From Armatimonadota bacterium (GTDB lineage: Bacteria > Armatimonadota > SYMT01), in NCBI GenBank assembly GCA_041690135.1, contig JAWLHY010000002.1:32001-96000 (forward strand): DNA of 64,000 nt. Direction: 5' to 3'. The position numbers and the translations under genes were made by a program. Shown in pieces: positions 1 to 10,282 of this stretch; position 1 is the stretch's first letter; the number at the start of each line of letters is the position of its first letter. The notes below the pieces were generated by a model, which saw nothing but the letters and a program-made list of their open reading frames with translations, ran no database searches and was not told the origin of the DNA.

Positions 1-57
1 AGTGTGAAACTGTTTATCGACGAACCCCACGGCCATTCCCGCCGGAGTTGATTTTCC

Positions 58-1269
58 ATGTCCGACGTGCCCAACGTGACCTCTCGCTCTTCTCTCCCTC
101 GACGCGCCCTCACGATGGCTCTCCTCGGAGTGCTCGGAGCCCTGGTCGCCGTGCCCCTTTCCGCGCAGCGTACCCAGGCGCCGGTGATCGGGGGAACGCC
201 TCCCATGCCCAGGCAGCGCGTGCGGCGCAAGGTGGGAGGGGTGAAGATCCAGGTGGTGGCGCAGAACCTGGAAATCCCGTGGGCGCTCCAGTTCTCGCCG
301 GATGGCCGCATCTTCTTCACGGAGCGTCCGGGCCGCGTGCGGATGATGACGAAGGGGGGAACGCCTACCGTCTACAAGGATCTCACCCAGGTCACCCACC
401 ACGGGGAAGGCGGCCTCATGGGCATGGCGCTGCACCCCCAGTTTCCCACGGTCCCCTACGTGTATCTCCATTACACGATGCAGATCAGCAAGGACCAGTC
501 CATTAACCGCGTCAGCCGTTTTCGGGATACCGGTACGACGCTGGCCGATGAAGAGATCCTCATCGACAACATCCCGGCCTCCCAGTTCCATGATGGCGGC
601 GCGCTGGCCTTCGGTCCGGACGGGATGCTGTACGTGGGAACAGGGGATGCGCGCTCGCCCGGGCTGGCCCAGCAGATCGGCTCGTTGGCCGGAAAGATCC
701 TCCGGGTGGGGCCGGAAGGGCAGCTTCCGCTCGACAATCCCATCCCCCACTCTCCGGTGTGGGCTTACGGCTTTCGGAACGTGAGCGCCATCACCTGGAA
801 CCCGGTGACCGGCGAGATGTGGGCCGCCACCCACGGTCCCACCGGGGAGTACCAGAACCTTTACAACCGGGACGCGGTGTACATCGTCCGCAAGGGCGGC
901 AACCACGGGTGGCCGCTGGTGGTGGGTACGAGTCCCGACCCCGAAATCGTCTCACCCGTGCTCTACTATCCCACCTCCCCCGTCCCGCCCGGAGGCCTGA
1001 TGTTCTATACCGGAGATCGCTTCCCGCGTTGGACGAACAACCTGTTCCTCGCCAGTCTGAAGGCGGAACATATCCAGCGGATCACCGTGGGCGCGGATAA
1101 CCGCATTCTCGGCATCGAACGGTTGTGGACGAAGCGGTACGGGCGGCTCCGGGCGATCGCGCAGGCCCCGGATGGTTCGATCTACTTCACCACCAGCAAC
1201 CGCGACGGACGCCAGCGCCGCCGATACCCCGGCGCGGACCGGATCTATCGCATCCTGCCCAAGCGGTAA
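58..1269 (+). CDS. PQQ-dependent sugar dehydrogenase (glucose/sorbosone dehydrogenase family), exported
   Basis: Signal-like N-terminus; motifs PWALQFSPDG, GEGGLMGMALHPQF, HDGGALAFGPDGMLY, AYGFRN, GRLRAI. Confidence 0.9.
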   Translation: MSDVPNVTSRSSLPRRALTMALLGVLGALVAVPLSAQRTQAPVIGGTPPMPRQRVRRKVGGVKIQVVAQNLEIPWALQFSPDGRIFFTERPGRVRMMTKGGTPTVYKDLTQVTHHGEGGLMGMALHPQFPTVPYVYLHYTMQISKDQSINRVSRFRDTGTTLADEEILIDNIPASQFHDGGALAFGPDGMLYVGTGDARSPGLAQQIGSLAGKILRVGPEGQLPLDNPIPHSPVWAYGFRNVSAITWNPVTGEMWAATHGPTGEYQNLYNRDAVYIVRKGGNHGWPLVVGTSPDPEIVSPVLYYPTSPVPPGGLMFYTGDRFPRWTNNLFLASLKAEHIQRITVGADNRILGIERLWTKRYGRLRAIAQAPDGSIYFTTSNRDGRQRRRYPGADRIYRILPKR

Positions 1270-1345
1270 CCGCTCGCCATTCTTCGCCAACGGTCCTTCT
1301 TGACCGCCCCGGCACCGGGCCGACCGGCAAAGTCACAAGTAACCG

Positions 1346-1972
1346 TCAGCGCCCCGAGTGGGAAGGTGGGCCAGCCTGCGCGACCGGCCCTGGATCGGCG
1401 ACGGTAAACTCCGCCACCCGCCGCCGTTCCAGATTTGGGCCTAGCGTGTAGAGGCGCACCCGTAGGTGTCGGTCTCGACGGAAGCTGGAGTCCAGATCCC
1501 ACGCGCAGATGATCCTGATGCGGTGCGAGGCGCTCGCGAGCCCAGAATTGCGGGGCGTTATCCACGGCACGTCGATGACCCGCTGTTTCTCGATGGGGCG
1601 TTCCGCACCCGCCGTGTCGACGATCACGGCGGTGAGGTACTGTTCGAACCGCAAGCGTCGCTGTGAGGGGCTTGCCGTCCGGAGGACGTGGATCGAGAGG
1701 TGTCCCGGTATCCCACGCAAGTCGACCTGGGTCCACCCCCAACGAGACGCCATTTCCGGGGGAACCAGGGGCGCTAGGGTTTGCTGCCAGGGCCGGCCCA
1801 GAATAACGCGACGCTCTTCTCCCGCGGCAACTGCCACCAACTGCGCCCGTGAGCCATCCGGAAGCAGCCATTCCGGGCTCGTGGGGACGAGCGCCCACAT
1901 GGCAATTGCCGCCGCCAGGAAGCCAGCCACGCACACCGCGAGAATCAAAGTTAGCCTGGAGCTCTTCTTCAC
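1346..1972 (-). CDS. hypothetical membrane-anchored protein
   Basis: ORF with N-terminal hydrophobic helix and an RBS-like GAGGGAGG upstream. Confidence 0.55.
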   Translation of the reverse strand: MKKSSRLTLILAVCVAGFLAAAIAMWALVPTSPEWLLPDGSRAQLVAVAAGEERRVILGRPWQQTLAPLVPPEMASRWGWTQVDLRGIPGHLSIHVLRTASPSQRRLRFEQYLTAVIVDTAGAERPIEKQRVIDVPWITPRNSGLASASHRIRIICAWDLDSSFRRDRHLRVRLYTLGPNLERRRVAEFTVADPGPVAQAGPPSHSGR

Positions 1973-2145
1973 TCAATGCCTCCCTCACGCGAGTGATCAC
2001 CGCATCCAGACGCCGCCGACGATGCGCGGGTTAGCCGATGCCAATGCCTCTTGGTCCTCCTGGCAGGGTCCGGCCGGCGTGCGGGAGAACATGAGCCCAT
2101 CAACGCCGCAGGTAGTGCAGGTAGTGACGATGCGAGGGGGAGTGC

Positions 2146-3693
2146 GTGGCGCGGTTTACGGTTCTCGATTATGGCCTGTTCGTCTTTTATCTGATCGCTT
2201 CCGTCCTGGTCGGGGTCCTGTTCGTCAAGGAACAACGAACGGTTAAGGACTACTTCCTGGCGGGGCGGAGCATGGGGTACCTGGTGGTCTCCATCTCCGT
2301 CATCGCGGCGCTCTTCTCCGGCATCACCTACCTGGGCGCGCCCGCGGAAGTCTACGCGCACGACCTCTCGTTCTTCCTGGTGGCCCTGAGCTTCTTCATC
2401 GCCACGCCGCTCACCACGGTTCTGTTCTTGCCCTTCTTCTACCACTCGCGGTTCTACACCGCCTACCAGTTCCTGGAAGAACGGTTCTCGGTCGGTATCC
2501 GGACGCTGGCGTCGGTCCTCTTCATCATGCGGGTGCTGCTCTGGCTGGCCCTGGCCACCTATGCCCCGGCCCTCGCCCTGGAACAGGTCACGGGACTCCC
2601 GCTCTGGTTCACCATCGCCAGCACGGCGATCCTCACCACCTTCTACACCACCCTGGGCGGGATGAAGGCGGTGATCTGGACCGACGTGATGCAGTTCGGC
2701 GTTCTCTTCGGCGGCCAGGTGATCATTCTCGTGGTGGCCTTGATGGGCGTGCCGGGCGGCGCGGCGGGAGCCTGGGAGATCGGAGAGGCCGCCGGGAAGA
2801 TCCGCCTCGACTGGAGCCTCGATCCCAGCGTGCGCATCACCTTCTGGGGCCTGGTTATCGGCGGTGCGTTCATGAACCTGGTCCAGATGGCCACGGACCA
2901 GGTCTCCGTGCAGCGCTACCTGACCGCCACCGATCTGAAAGAGGCGCAGCGGTCGCTCTGGCTGAAGCTGTGGCTGACGGTACCGGTCCTGGCCGTCTTC
3001 TATGTCTCGGGGTTGGCCCTCTTCGCCTTCTACCAGAGCCATCCGGACCCCCTCGCCACCGGCGCCATCAAGAAGGCGGACCAGATCCTGCCGTACTTCG
3101 TGATCACCCAGCTCCCCGCCGGGCTTCCGGGGCTCTTGATCTCCGCCATCTACGCGGCGAGCATGTCCACCATTTCCGCCGGGATCAACGCTCTCACCAC
3201 CTGCACGCTGGTCGATATCTACCAGCGCCACTGGAAGCCCGACGCGAGCGAGGACCGGATGCTCATCCTCGCGCGGCAGTTGACGATCGGCTACGGGGCC
3301 GTGGTACTGGTGCTGGCCTTCGTGGTCGAGCGGCTCGGCTCGCTGCTGGAAGTGAGCAATGCGGCCATCGGGCTGGTCGGCGGACCGCTCCTCGGGATCT
3401 TCCTGCTGGGCATGCTCGACCGCCGCGCCCACGCGAAAGGCGCTTTCCTGGGCTGGCTGGCCGGCCTGGTCGTCCTCATTCCCATAGTCCTGGCCAAGAT
3501 CGAGGCCCTGGGGCTGGGCACGCCGGCCTGGCTGAAGGCGCTCCTGGAGCAACCGGGGATCGCCGCGGTGGCGGGCGTGTCTTTCCTGTGGTACGCCGCC
3601 ATCGGCTGCGTGGCCACGTACGCCGTCGGCGCGCTGGCCAGCCGCCTGCTGCCCGGCAAGGCCCATCCCATCCGGCCCGAAGCCGAGGCCTAG
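2146..3693 (+). CDS. sodium:solute symporter (SSS family)
   Basis: DYFLAGRS, YTTLGGMKAVIWTDVMQ, DQVSVQRYL, AASMST motifs; many TM helices. Confidence 0.95.
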   Translation: MARFTVLDYGLFVFYLIASVLVGVLFVKEQRTVKDYFLAGRSMGYLVVSISVIAALFSGITYLGAPAEVYAHDLSFFLVALSFFIATPLTTVLFLPFFYHSRFYTAYQFLEERFSVGIRTLASVLFIMRVLLWLALATYAPALALEQVTGLPLWFTIASTAILTTFYTTLGGMKAVIWTDVMQFGVLFGGQVIILVVALMGVPGGAAGAWEIGEAAGKIRLDWSLDPSVRITFWGLVIGGAFMNLVQMATDQVSVQRYLTATDLKEAQRSLWLKLWLTVPVLAVFYVSGLALFAFYQSHPDPLATGAIKKADQILPYFVITQLPAGLPGLLISAIYAASMSTISAGINALTTCTLVDIYQRHWKPDASEDRMLILARQLTIGYGAVVLVLAFVVERLGSLLEVSNAAIGLVGGPLLGIFLLGMLDRRAHAKGAFLGWLAGLVVLIPIVLAKIEALGLGTPAWLKALLEQPGIAAVAGVSFLWYAAIGCVATYAVGALASRLLPGKAHPIRPEAEA

Positions 3694-4376
3694 GACCGCG
3701 TGCTGACAAACGGATCGGCGGAGAGGAGGGCAGGGGGTTTGTCTCCTTCTCGCGCCTTTCTCGCGAGTTGCCGGAGGTCCAGTTCGGTGGACGGGGTGAT
3801 ATCCGCCTTGAGCACCGTGGCGATCTGCCGCAATGCGTAGGCATTGTCCTCCGGCGTGTTGGAGGCGATGCAGTCGGACGGAACCACCAGGCGGAAGTCG
3901 CGCATGTAGGCGTCGCTCGCCGTGAAGAGCACACAGATATTCCCGGCGAACCCGGTAAGGATCAGCGTCTTCACGGCGAGGTAACTCAGGAGCACGTCGA
4001 GAGTGGTCGAGAAGAAGCCGGAGTGCTTCGGCTTGAGGACGAAGTAATCATCTTTCTCCGGCAGGAGCATACGGCTGATGCCGCAGCCCAGCATCGTCTC
4101 CTGGGTACAGTGCTCGATCAGACGGTGGAAGTCGGACTGCCACCGCCCGAAGTTGTCGTTCACGTAAACGACCGGGATTCCCCCCGCCTTCGCCCGCTCC
4201 TTCAGCGCCGCGATCCGCTGTGCCGCCTCCAGCGCGTAAGGGAGCAACTGCTCCCCTTCCTCGAAGTCGAGGTCGTTGATCACGTCCAGCAGGATCAGCG
4301 CCACCTCCGACTTGTCCGGCACCATCCCATGCAGGTCCTCATTCAACGCAGGCATCCCGGACGTTTGCTCCTCCAT
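3690..4376 (-). CDS. isochorismatase-family cysteine hydrolase
   Basis: ALILLDVIND, KPKHSGFFST, GNICV catalytic motifs; start uncertain. Confidence 0.9.
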   Translation of the reverse strand: MEEQTSGMPALNEDLHGMVPDKSEVALILLDVINDLDFEEGEQLLPYALEAAQRIAALKERAKAGGIPVVYVNDNFGRWQSDFHRLIEHCTQETMLGCGISRMLLPEKDDYFVLKPKHSGFFSTTLDVLLSYLAVKTLILTGFAGNICVLFTASDAYMRDFRLVVPSDCIASNTPEDNAYALRQIATVLKADITPSTELDLRQLARKAREGDKPPALLSADPFVSTRS

Positions 4377-4578
4377 GAACCTAGGGCGACAGATCGACCT
4401 CTTCCCATTCAAAGGGTCATTGCCTGTTTGAACGGCCGGTAAACCCCACCGAAGCCCCAGTCACCCACCCGGAGACAATCGGCGCTCCCCTTGCAGTTCT
4501 GGTGCCCAACGGCTGGATTAGCGGCGTGTGTCGAAGCCCTCTCCTTTCCCTTCCCACCCTTCCTTCTCTTCCTTCCCC

Positions 4579-4608
4579 CCTTTGCGGCTTTGCGGCTTTG
4601 CGCGAGAC
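4579..4608. repeat. short tandem octamer tract (CTTTGCGG)n
   Basis: ctttgcggctttgcggctttgcgcgaga. Confidence 0.75.
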
Positions 4609-4635
4609 CATCCGCCTTGCGAGAGATTCGTCCCT

Positions 4636-5853
4636 TCAGCGCACGTCCCGCCAGAGCCAGCGGAGGCTGTCCGGGAAGTTCGCCGCGCCCTGGCGGTTGC
4701 TGTGGAAGCCCAGCCCCCAATCGAAGTGGTAGTCGTAGCCCATGAAGCTCAAGGACGAGGCCATTTCCTGGTTGGCGAGCGGCCAGTTGCCGTGCTCGTT
4801 GTTCAGGTCGTTGGCGCCCGCCTGCAGCCAGACGCGGATCGGCTTCTTCGGGGTCTTGCGGAGCAGGGCGGCGTAGTTGTGCCCGCCGGCGCGGAGGGTA
4901 GGCCCCGCGGCGATATTGACGAAGCTGCCGACCCAGGAGAGAACCTTCCGGAACTGGTCCGGCCGTTCCCAGGCCACGGTCCACGCGCAGATGGCTCCCG
5001 AGGAGATGCCGGCGATCGCCCGGCGCGCCGGGTCGTCGGTGAGGCGCACCGTCTTTCCGACTTCCGGCAGGATCTCCTCGATCACGAACCGGGCGTACTG
5101 GTCGGAGAGCGTGTCGTACTCGAAGCTGCGGTTGGAGCGCCCGTCTTTGAAAGTGCCCGGATTGATGAAGATCCCCACCGTCACCGGCATCTGCCCTTTG
5201 GCGATGAGGTTGTCGAAGACGGTGGGCGCGTAGACCGGCGCGTTCAGGTAGCCGCCGCCGTCCTGGATCACCATCACCGCCGCGGGGTTCTCCGGCCGAT
5301 ACTGCGCGGGAACGTAGACCCAGTAATCGCGCGTGGTGCCGGGGAAGACCTTGCTCTCGAAGGTGGAGCGGGTCACCTTCCCCTGCGGCACGTTCGGCTG
5401 CGGGAAAGTGTCCGGATGGCGTGGGAAGTACTCCATGGGGAAACTACCCCCGCCGAAGCGCTTCCCGCCCGCCTCGTACTGGTAGGCCACCAGGGCGGGG
5501 TTCGGCACCGGGGTCACGGTGACCCACAGGTCGGTGTTCCCCAGCCGGGTCAGGCCGAAGGACCGGATGTTTCCCACCATCTGCACCCGGGGAGTCCCTT
5601 CCGCCACGCTGACCGCGAAGAGCGCCAGGTTCTCCTCCGTGCGGTGGGTCGCCCGCCCTTCCTTCAGCGCCTCTTCCCCGAAAGTGGCGCGGACCCGCTT
5701 TGCCAGTGCCTCGGCCACGGCGCCGGTGGGGTTCTTGTCCAGCTCCGCCTGGAGCTGTTTCGGGCTGATCGGCCCCTCTTCAGCCGCGCCCGGAAGCGCG
5801 CAAAGCGTCGTTATGGCGAGGGCGATGGCAAAGAAACGGGAACGGGGAAACAT
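4636..5853 (-). CDS. exported enterochelin-esterase-like alpha/beta hydrolase
   Basis: RDYWVYVPAQY, NRSFEYD, GISSGA nucleophile elbow, signal peptide. Confidence 0.9.
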   Translation of the reverse strand: MFPRSRFFAIALAITTLCALPGAAEEGPISPKQLQAELDKNPTGAVAEALAKRVRATFGEEALKEGRATHRTEENLALFAVSVAEGTPRVQMVGNIRSFGLTRLGNTDLWVTVTPVPNPALVAYQYEAGGKRFGGGSFPMEYFPRHPDTFPQPNVPQGKVTRSTFESKVFPGTTRDYWVYVPAQYRPENPAAVMVIQDGGGYLNAPVYAPTVFDNLIAKGQMPVTVGIFINPGTFKDGRSNRSFEYDTLSDQYARFVIEEILPEVGKTVRLTDDPARRAIAGISSGAICAWTVAWERPDQFRKVLSWVGSFVNIAAGPTLRAGGHNYAALLRKTPKKPIRVWLQAGANDLNNEHGNWPLANQEMASSLSFMGYDYHFDWGLGFHSNRQGAANFPDSLRWLWRDVR

Positions 5854-5918
5854 GGAAACTCCTTCTCCGGCAAGCAAACCGAGCCAGAGTTCCCACCTTC
5901 CCACCAGAACTCCTTCAT

Positions 5919-5970
5919 CCTACTGCCCACCGCCTACTGCCCACCGCCTTCTGCCTACTGCCCCCTGCCC
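5919..5970. repeat. heptamer tandem tract (CCTACTG/CCCACCG)
   Basis: cctactgcccaccgcctactgcccaccgccttctgcctactgccccctgccc. Confidence 0.8.
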
Positions 5971-6920
5971 TCCCCAGGGGCCGCTCCCAGGAACTCCAGG
6001 GTCTCCGTAAAGCGGGAGATGGTCTCCTGGATGGGACTGGCGGCTTCCCGATCGGCCTGCTCGCGCTCGGAAAGCGTGCGTACGAGGGTCTCGATCTCGG
6101 ACTCGGCCTGGCGGCGGAGGTCCGCAATCTGCTTCTCCAGCTCGGAAACGGCCTTCAGCGTCTTGAGCTTGACCTGCTCGACCAGGGCCTCCGCCTCGGA
6201 GCGAAACCGGGCCGTCTCTTCCTTCCGGCCGGCCTGGTAGGCCTGCAGCACCTGCAGCTTCCGTTCCGCATCGGAGACCACATCCGCCACGGAGGCGCCG
6301 GGCCGGAACTCCAGGGCGGTCAGCACGGCCGTGCGGGCCATCTCCTGGTCGAAACTGCGGTACCGGGCGACGAGGGCGGACACTTCTTCCACGGAGCAGA
6401 CGCATGCGGGAAGGTCCGCCTGCTTGAAGATTTCCTCCGGGGAGAGGGGAGCGCCGGCCGTGGGCGTGGGCCGGGCACTCGCCGCCGGATCCGCGGGGTG
6501 AGCTCCGTTGGGCGCCGGCGCTATGGCGGTCTCGCGAGCTTCCGTCCCACGAGCTTCCGTCCCACCCTGGGCGTACCTATGCCCGCGGTAGCTGTACTCC
6601 GCCGGCGCCGGGGGAGCGGTCGGAGCTTCCGCGGCAGCCTGGGGGTCGATAGGGACATAATAGCTCTGCCCGCGAAAGGATACTTTTCGCATTCCCGGTG
6701 GAGGGGCGTCCTCCCTGTCCGGGTGCTTGCCCGAATTGGCCATGCCGGGGTTCTCCTGCAGTTCGTCGATCAGATCGGTGAGACCGGTGAGCGTCCTTTC
6801 CATATCCCGCATCAGGTCGGGAGAGTAATCCAGGGCGGCGGCGCCGCCGCTGAGCCGCGGGGCGGGTGCGCCGACCCACCGGCGCAGGGTTTGATCCATT
6901 CGTTCGTTGATGAGTGCCAT
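5955..6920 (-). CDS. hypothetical protein, Pro/Ala linker and C-terminal coiled coil
   Basis: 321 aa ORF with good codon bias and an EKQ/ALE-rich C-terminus. Confidence 0.7.
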   Translation of the reverse strand: MALINERMDQTLRRWVGAPAPRLSGGAAALDYSPDLMRDMERTLTGLTDLIDELQENPGMANSGKHPDREDAPPPGMRKVSFRGQSYYVPIDPQAAAEAPTAPPAPAEYSYRGHRYAQGGTEARGTEARETAIAPAPNGAHPADPAASARPTPTAGAPLSPEEIFKQADLPACVCSVEEVSALVARYRSFDQEMARTAVLTALEFRPGASVADVVSDAERKLQVLQAYQAGRKEETARFRSEAEALVEQVKLKTLKAVSELEKQIADLRRQAESEIETLVRTLSEREQADREAASPIQETISRFTETLEFLGAAPGEGRGQ

Positions 6921-7026
6921 GGGAAGAAGTTCGGGAGGGTGCGGAGGTAACTTCCGATGACCCTATAGCCCGCCGCTTGATTGAAACTAAATGAGGAAGC
7001 GGGCGGGAGAAAACTCGGCCAAAAGT

Positions 7027-8295
7027 ATGATCGACGGCAAGGAATCCACGGAGCGCCGGCACTCCCTACGGGAGTTGATCTCACACCGGAACCGGTTTGC
7101 CATTCTCCTCTTCGAGTTGACGTGGGGGCTGGCGATGCCGCTGATGTACCACGCCACGATGGTGCCCGGCTACCTCCGCTACCTGGGCATCGCCAATGCG
7201 TGGATCGGCCTGGTGCCGGCGATCCACACCGGGATTTATGCCATCATCCAGCCCTACGCGGCGTTCCGGTGGCGGCCCGGCCCCCGGCGCGTGACGGTCA
7301 TGCGCCTCATCTACGTGCTTACTGGAGCGGGGTACGTGCTCCTGGGGCTGCTGGTGCTGCGGGGGTTCCCCTTACCGGCCGCCGGCCTGGCGGTAGTGCT
7401 GGCGGTAGAACTGCTGGCCGCCGTCACCACCGGCGCCGGAGATCCGCAGTACGCCAACCTGGTGGTGGAGAGCATTTCCCCCCGGCAGCGAGGGTTCTTC
7501 TTTGGCCTGCGGGCGGTCCTGCTGGGGGTGGGCGGCATTGTGGGCGGCCTCCTCGCCGCGCACCTTCTGAAGGTGGCCGTTGCCCCATCCAATTTCGGCG
7601 CGAGCTTCGTGTGCGGCGGCACCCTCTTGATGCTCAGCACCCTCAGCATGGCGCTCTACCGCGACCGTCCTCCGCAGCCCGAAGACAAGAATGCCTCCTT
7701 TCGAGGCTATCTGCAGGAGCGGGTGCTGCCGCGAGTGCGCCACACGGAGTTCCGGACGTACCTGGCCGCTAGCGTCCTGTTCACGCTTTCAACCTCCGGT
7801 TTCACGTTCGTCAGCCTGCTGCTCAAGGCCAAGCTGAACGAGACGGAAGGACTGCTCGGCTTCCTCGGCAGCCTGTTCATGGCGGCCAACCTGACGCAGT
7901 CATGGGTGCTGGGGGTGGTCTGCGACCGGTGGGGCTCGCGCGCCGGCTTTATCCTGGGTCTCGTCCTTTACACCGCGGGCCTGTTGGGGTGTGTCTTCGG
8001 CACGGACCGCGCCTTCCTCCTGGCTGCCTACTTCTGCGCGTCGGTCTGGTTCCCCACCCAGATCGTCGCCGCGCAGGACCTGGCCTACCGCCTGGCCGAA
8101 GATGCCCCCCCGGCCGAGATCTTCAGCACCACGATGGTGGTGCTCGCCCCGGCTCGGATCTTCGGACCGCTGCTGGCGGGGGCCGCAATCGATCGGTGGA
8201 TGCATGGTCCACCCTTGCTCGTGTGCGCGGGCCTGGCATGCCTCGCGGCCCTGGTGCTGGTCCGTCCTGCTGCGGCTCCTCGGCCGCGAACTTGA
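7027..8295 (+). CDS. MFS transporter
   Basis: About 12 TM segments; GVVCDRWGSR motif-A-like sequence. Confidence 0.85.
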   Translation: MIDGKESTERRHSLRELISHRNRFAILLFELTWGLAMPLMYHATMVPGYLRYLGIANAWIGLVPAIHTGIYAIIQPYAAFRWRPGPRRVTVMRLIYVLTGAGYVLLGLLVLRGFPLPAAGLAVVLAVELLAAVTTGAGDPQYANLVVESISPRQRGFFFGLRAVLLGVGGIVGGLLAAHLLKVAVAPSNFGASFVCGGTLLMLSTLSMALYRDRPPQPEDKNASFRGYLQERVLPRVRHTEFRTYLAASVLFTLSTSGFTFVSLLLKAKLNETEGLLGFLGSLFMAANLTQSWVLGVVCDRWGSRAGFILGLVLYTAGLLGCVFGTDRAFLLAAYFCASVWFPTQIVAAQDLAYRLAEDAPPAEIFSTTMVVLAPARIFGPLLAGAAIDRWMHGPPLLVCAGLACLAALVLVRPAAAPRPRT

Positions 8296-8429
8296 GGTTC
8301 CGAATGCGGGTGGGGCAAAAGCACAGGAGGTGTGCGCGATTCCACCCGCGGTACGCACCGAAGGGTAAGGTATGCTCCTCTTGATGGACGAGCGATGCCG
8401 GCTACAAGCGCCGGTGGAGGAGGGAGACC

Positions 8430-9632
8430 ATGCAGCGGTGGCTTCGGAAGACGGGTTGGGCCGGCGGACTGCTGGCGCTGGGGGTTGGCCAATGGGCTCT
8501 CACCGGCGCACAGGCGCAAGAGGGCGCGAAGGCGGTCGCGGTAGACGATTTTGAAAGCGGCCTCTCCGGCTGGACGGCGATCCGGGCCGAGGAGGGGGTG
8601 GGGTTCGGGATGGATGAGAGCGCGAAACTCTCCATCGCGACCGAAGCGCAGCAGCCGAAGTCCGGAAAGGGCGCCCTGGTCTACACGTACGAGCTCCGCC
8701 CGAAGGTGTTCTCCGCGCTCATGCTGCCCCGGGAGATGGACCTCACCGGGATGAAGTCGCTCCGCTTCTCCGTGCGCTGCAGCACCCCGACCTCGGTTGT
8801 TGTCAGTGTGGGGGAGCGCGGCGGGGCGAGCTACGTGGCCACCTCGTACTGCGACGCCGGTGGGTGGGAAGAGCGCGTGCTGAACCTGGACGAACTCACC
8901 CTGGACGACCGCGGAAAAGACACGAACGGAAAGCTGGATCTGGACCAGGTCTCCTCGGTGACGGTGATGGACATCGGGACCATGCTGGTGAACGTAGTCC
9001 CCGAGATCAAGGGGACCCGCACTCTCTCACTGGATGACGTGTCGTTCTCCCCGCAGGCCGCCCCCCGCACCACCGGCGTCACCAAGGACGCCGCCGGCAA
9101 GGCGATCCACCTGGTCGACAACTTCGAGACTTCGGTCATCCGCTGGGCGCCACTGACCGCGGACGTGACGGCCGGCCTGAAGATCAACGCCTTCGACATC
9201 CCGCTCCGGATCGACGCGGACGTGCCGAACGGCGGCGGCAAGGGCAGCCTGCAGGCCAGCTATACCCGGACGCAGGGCCGGCTTCCGGTATTCATGCGGG
9301 ACGTGGAGAAGGTGGACCTGGGCAGCCCCACCGCGCTGACCCTGAACCTCAAGACCGCTCGCGACGGCACGTTCATGGTGAACCTGGAAGAGAAGGACGG
9401 CTCCCGCTATCAGCAGATGGTGGAGTTAAAGGCCGGCGATCTCTGGAAGGAGCTCCGTTACGCGCTTAGCTCCTTCGAGCTGGCCGGGGACAGCAACGAC
9501 GAGAACGGCCAACTCGACGCGGGCCAGATCAAGCAGGTCGCCGTCGCCGACCTGTCCGGCCTGCTCGGCGCGGACCTGGGGGCCGCCAACACCCTGTACA
9601 TCGACGAAGTTCGGTTCAACCTGTCGGACTGA
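8430..9632 (+). CDS. exported protein with two carbohydrate-binding-like (CBM11/CIA30-type) domains
   Basis: Internal duplication VDDFE/VDNFE...DxNGxLDxxQ...LxxDxV; signal peptide; RBS GGAGGGAG. Confidence 0.7.
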   Translation: MQRWLRKTGWAGGLLALGVGQWALTGAQAQEGAKAVAVDDFESGLSGWTAIRAEEGVGFGMDESAKLSIATEAQQPKSGKGALVYTYELRPKVFSALMLPREMDLTGMKSLRFSVRCSTPTSVVVSVGERGGASYVATSYCDAGGWEERVLNLDELTLDDRGKDTNGKLDLDQVSSVTVMDIGTMLVNVVPEIKGTRTLSLDDVSFSPQAAPRTTGVTKDAAGKAIHLVDNFETSVIRWAPLTADVTAGLKINAFDIPLRIDADVPNGGGKGSLQASYTRTQGRLPVFMRDVEKVDLGSPTALTLNLKTARDGTFMVNLEEKDGSRYQQMVELKAGDLWKELRYALSSFELAGDSNDENGQLDAGQIKQVAVADLSGLLGADLGAANTLYIDEVRFNLSD

Positions 9633-9646
9633 AAGGAACTAGCGAC

Positions 9647-9704
9647 CGAAGGAAAGGTAAGTAGGGGCGCCCTCCGGAGGGCGTCCCTACTTACCTTTCC
9701 TTCG
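9647..9704. terminator. long hairpin between convergent genes (bidirectional terminator or REP-like doublet)
   Basis: CGAAGGAAAGGTAAGTAGGGGCGCCCTC-CG-GAGGGCGTCCCTACTTACCTTTCCTTCG, near-perfect inverted repeat. Confidence 0.75.
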
Positions 9705-9718
9705 CAATTTCAGATCCG

Positions 9719-10192
9719 CTAGGCGAGCTTCACGCGGGGCACCTTGCCCTGGCCGCGCTGCTCGATGGAGGCCGTCTTCATGCAGAGGGCTTTCTCCAGC
9801 TCTTCCGCGAAGTCGGTCTCTTCCTTGCTCATCTCTTCCAGCAGCACCCGGAGCGCCACCATCTTGCGCGCGTCCGCCTTCTCGACCATGTCGTTGATCC
9901 GGTCGATGGCGGCGCGGTGCTGCTCCAGGTCCTGCTGCAGCATCTCGGTGGTGTCGGTCGACTGGCGGACTTCACCGATCTGCACCGAGGGCACACCCCC
10001 CAGGGCTACGATTTTGTCCCCCAGTTCTCGCGCGTGGCTCAGCGTGTCCTTGGCGTGGTCGCGCAGAAGCTCCGCAAAAGTGTAGCGGTCGGCCCCCTGC
10101 ATGAGGAAGCTATGCTGCATGAGCTGGATCATACTGGTGTACTCCGTGCTCATGATGTCGTTCAACCCGTCGAGGATTTCCTGGTCAGCCAT
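9719..10192 (-). CDS. bacterioferritin-like ferritin-domain protein
   Basis: LNDIMSTEY, HARELGDKIVALGGVP, EMLQQDL, LLEEMSKEE. Confidence 0.85.
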   Translation of the reverse strand: MADQEILDGLNDIMSTEYTSMIQLMQHSFLMQGADRYTFAELLRDHAKDTLSHARELGDKIVALGGVPSVQIGEVRQSTDTTEMLQQDLEQHRAAIDRINDMVEKADARKMVALRVLLEEMSKEETDFAEELEKALCMKTASIEQRGQGKVPRVKLA

Positions 10193-10282
10193 CCCGTCTC
10201 CAATCTATCGTCACCGCGCACCCACGGACATGGGTCCTCGAGCGCGCCCTCCCTGGGAAGGTATATCCAGTATACCCGCCCC

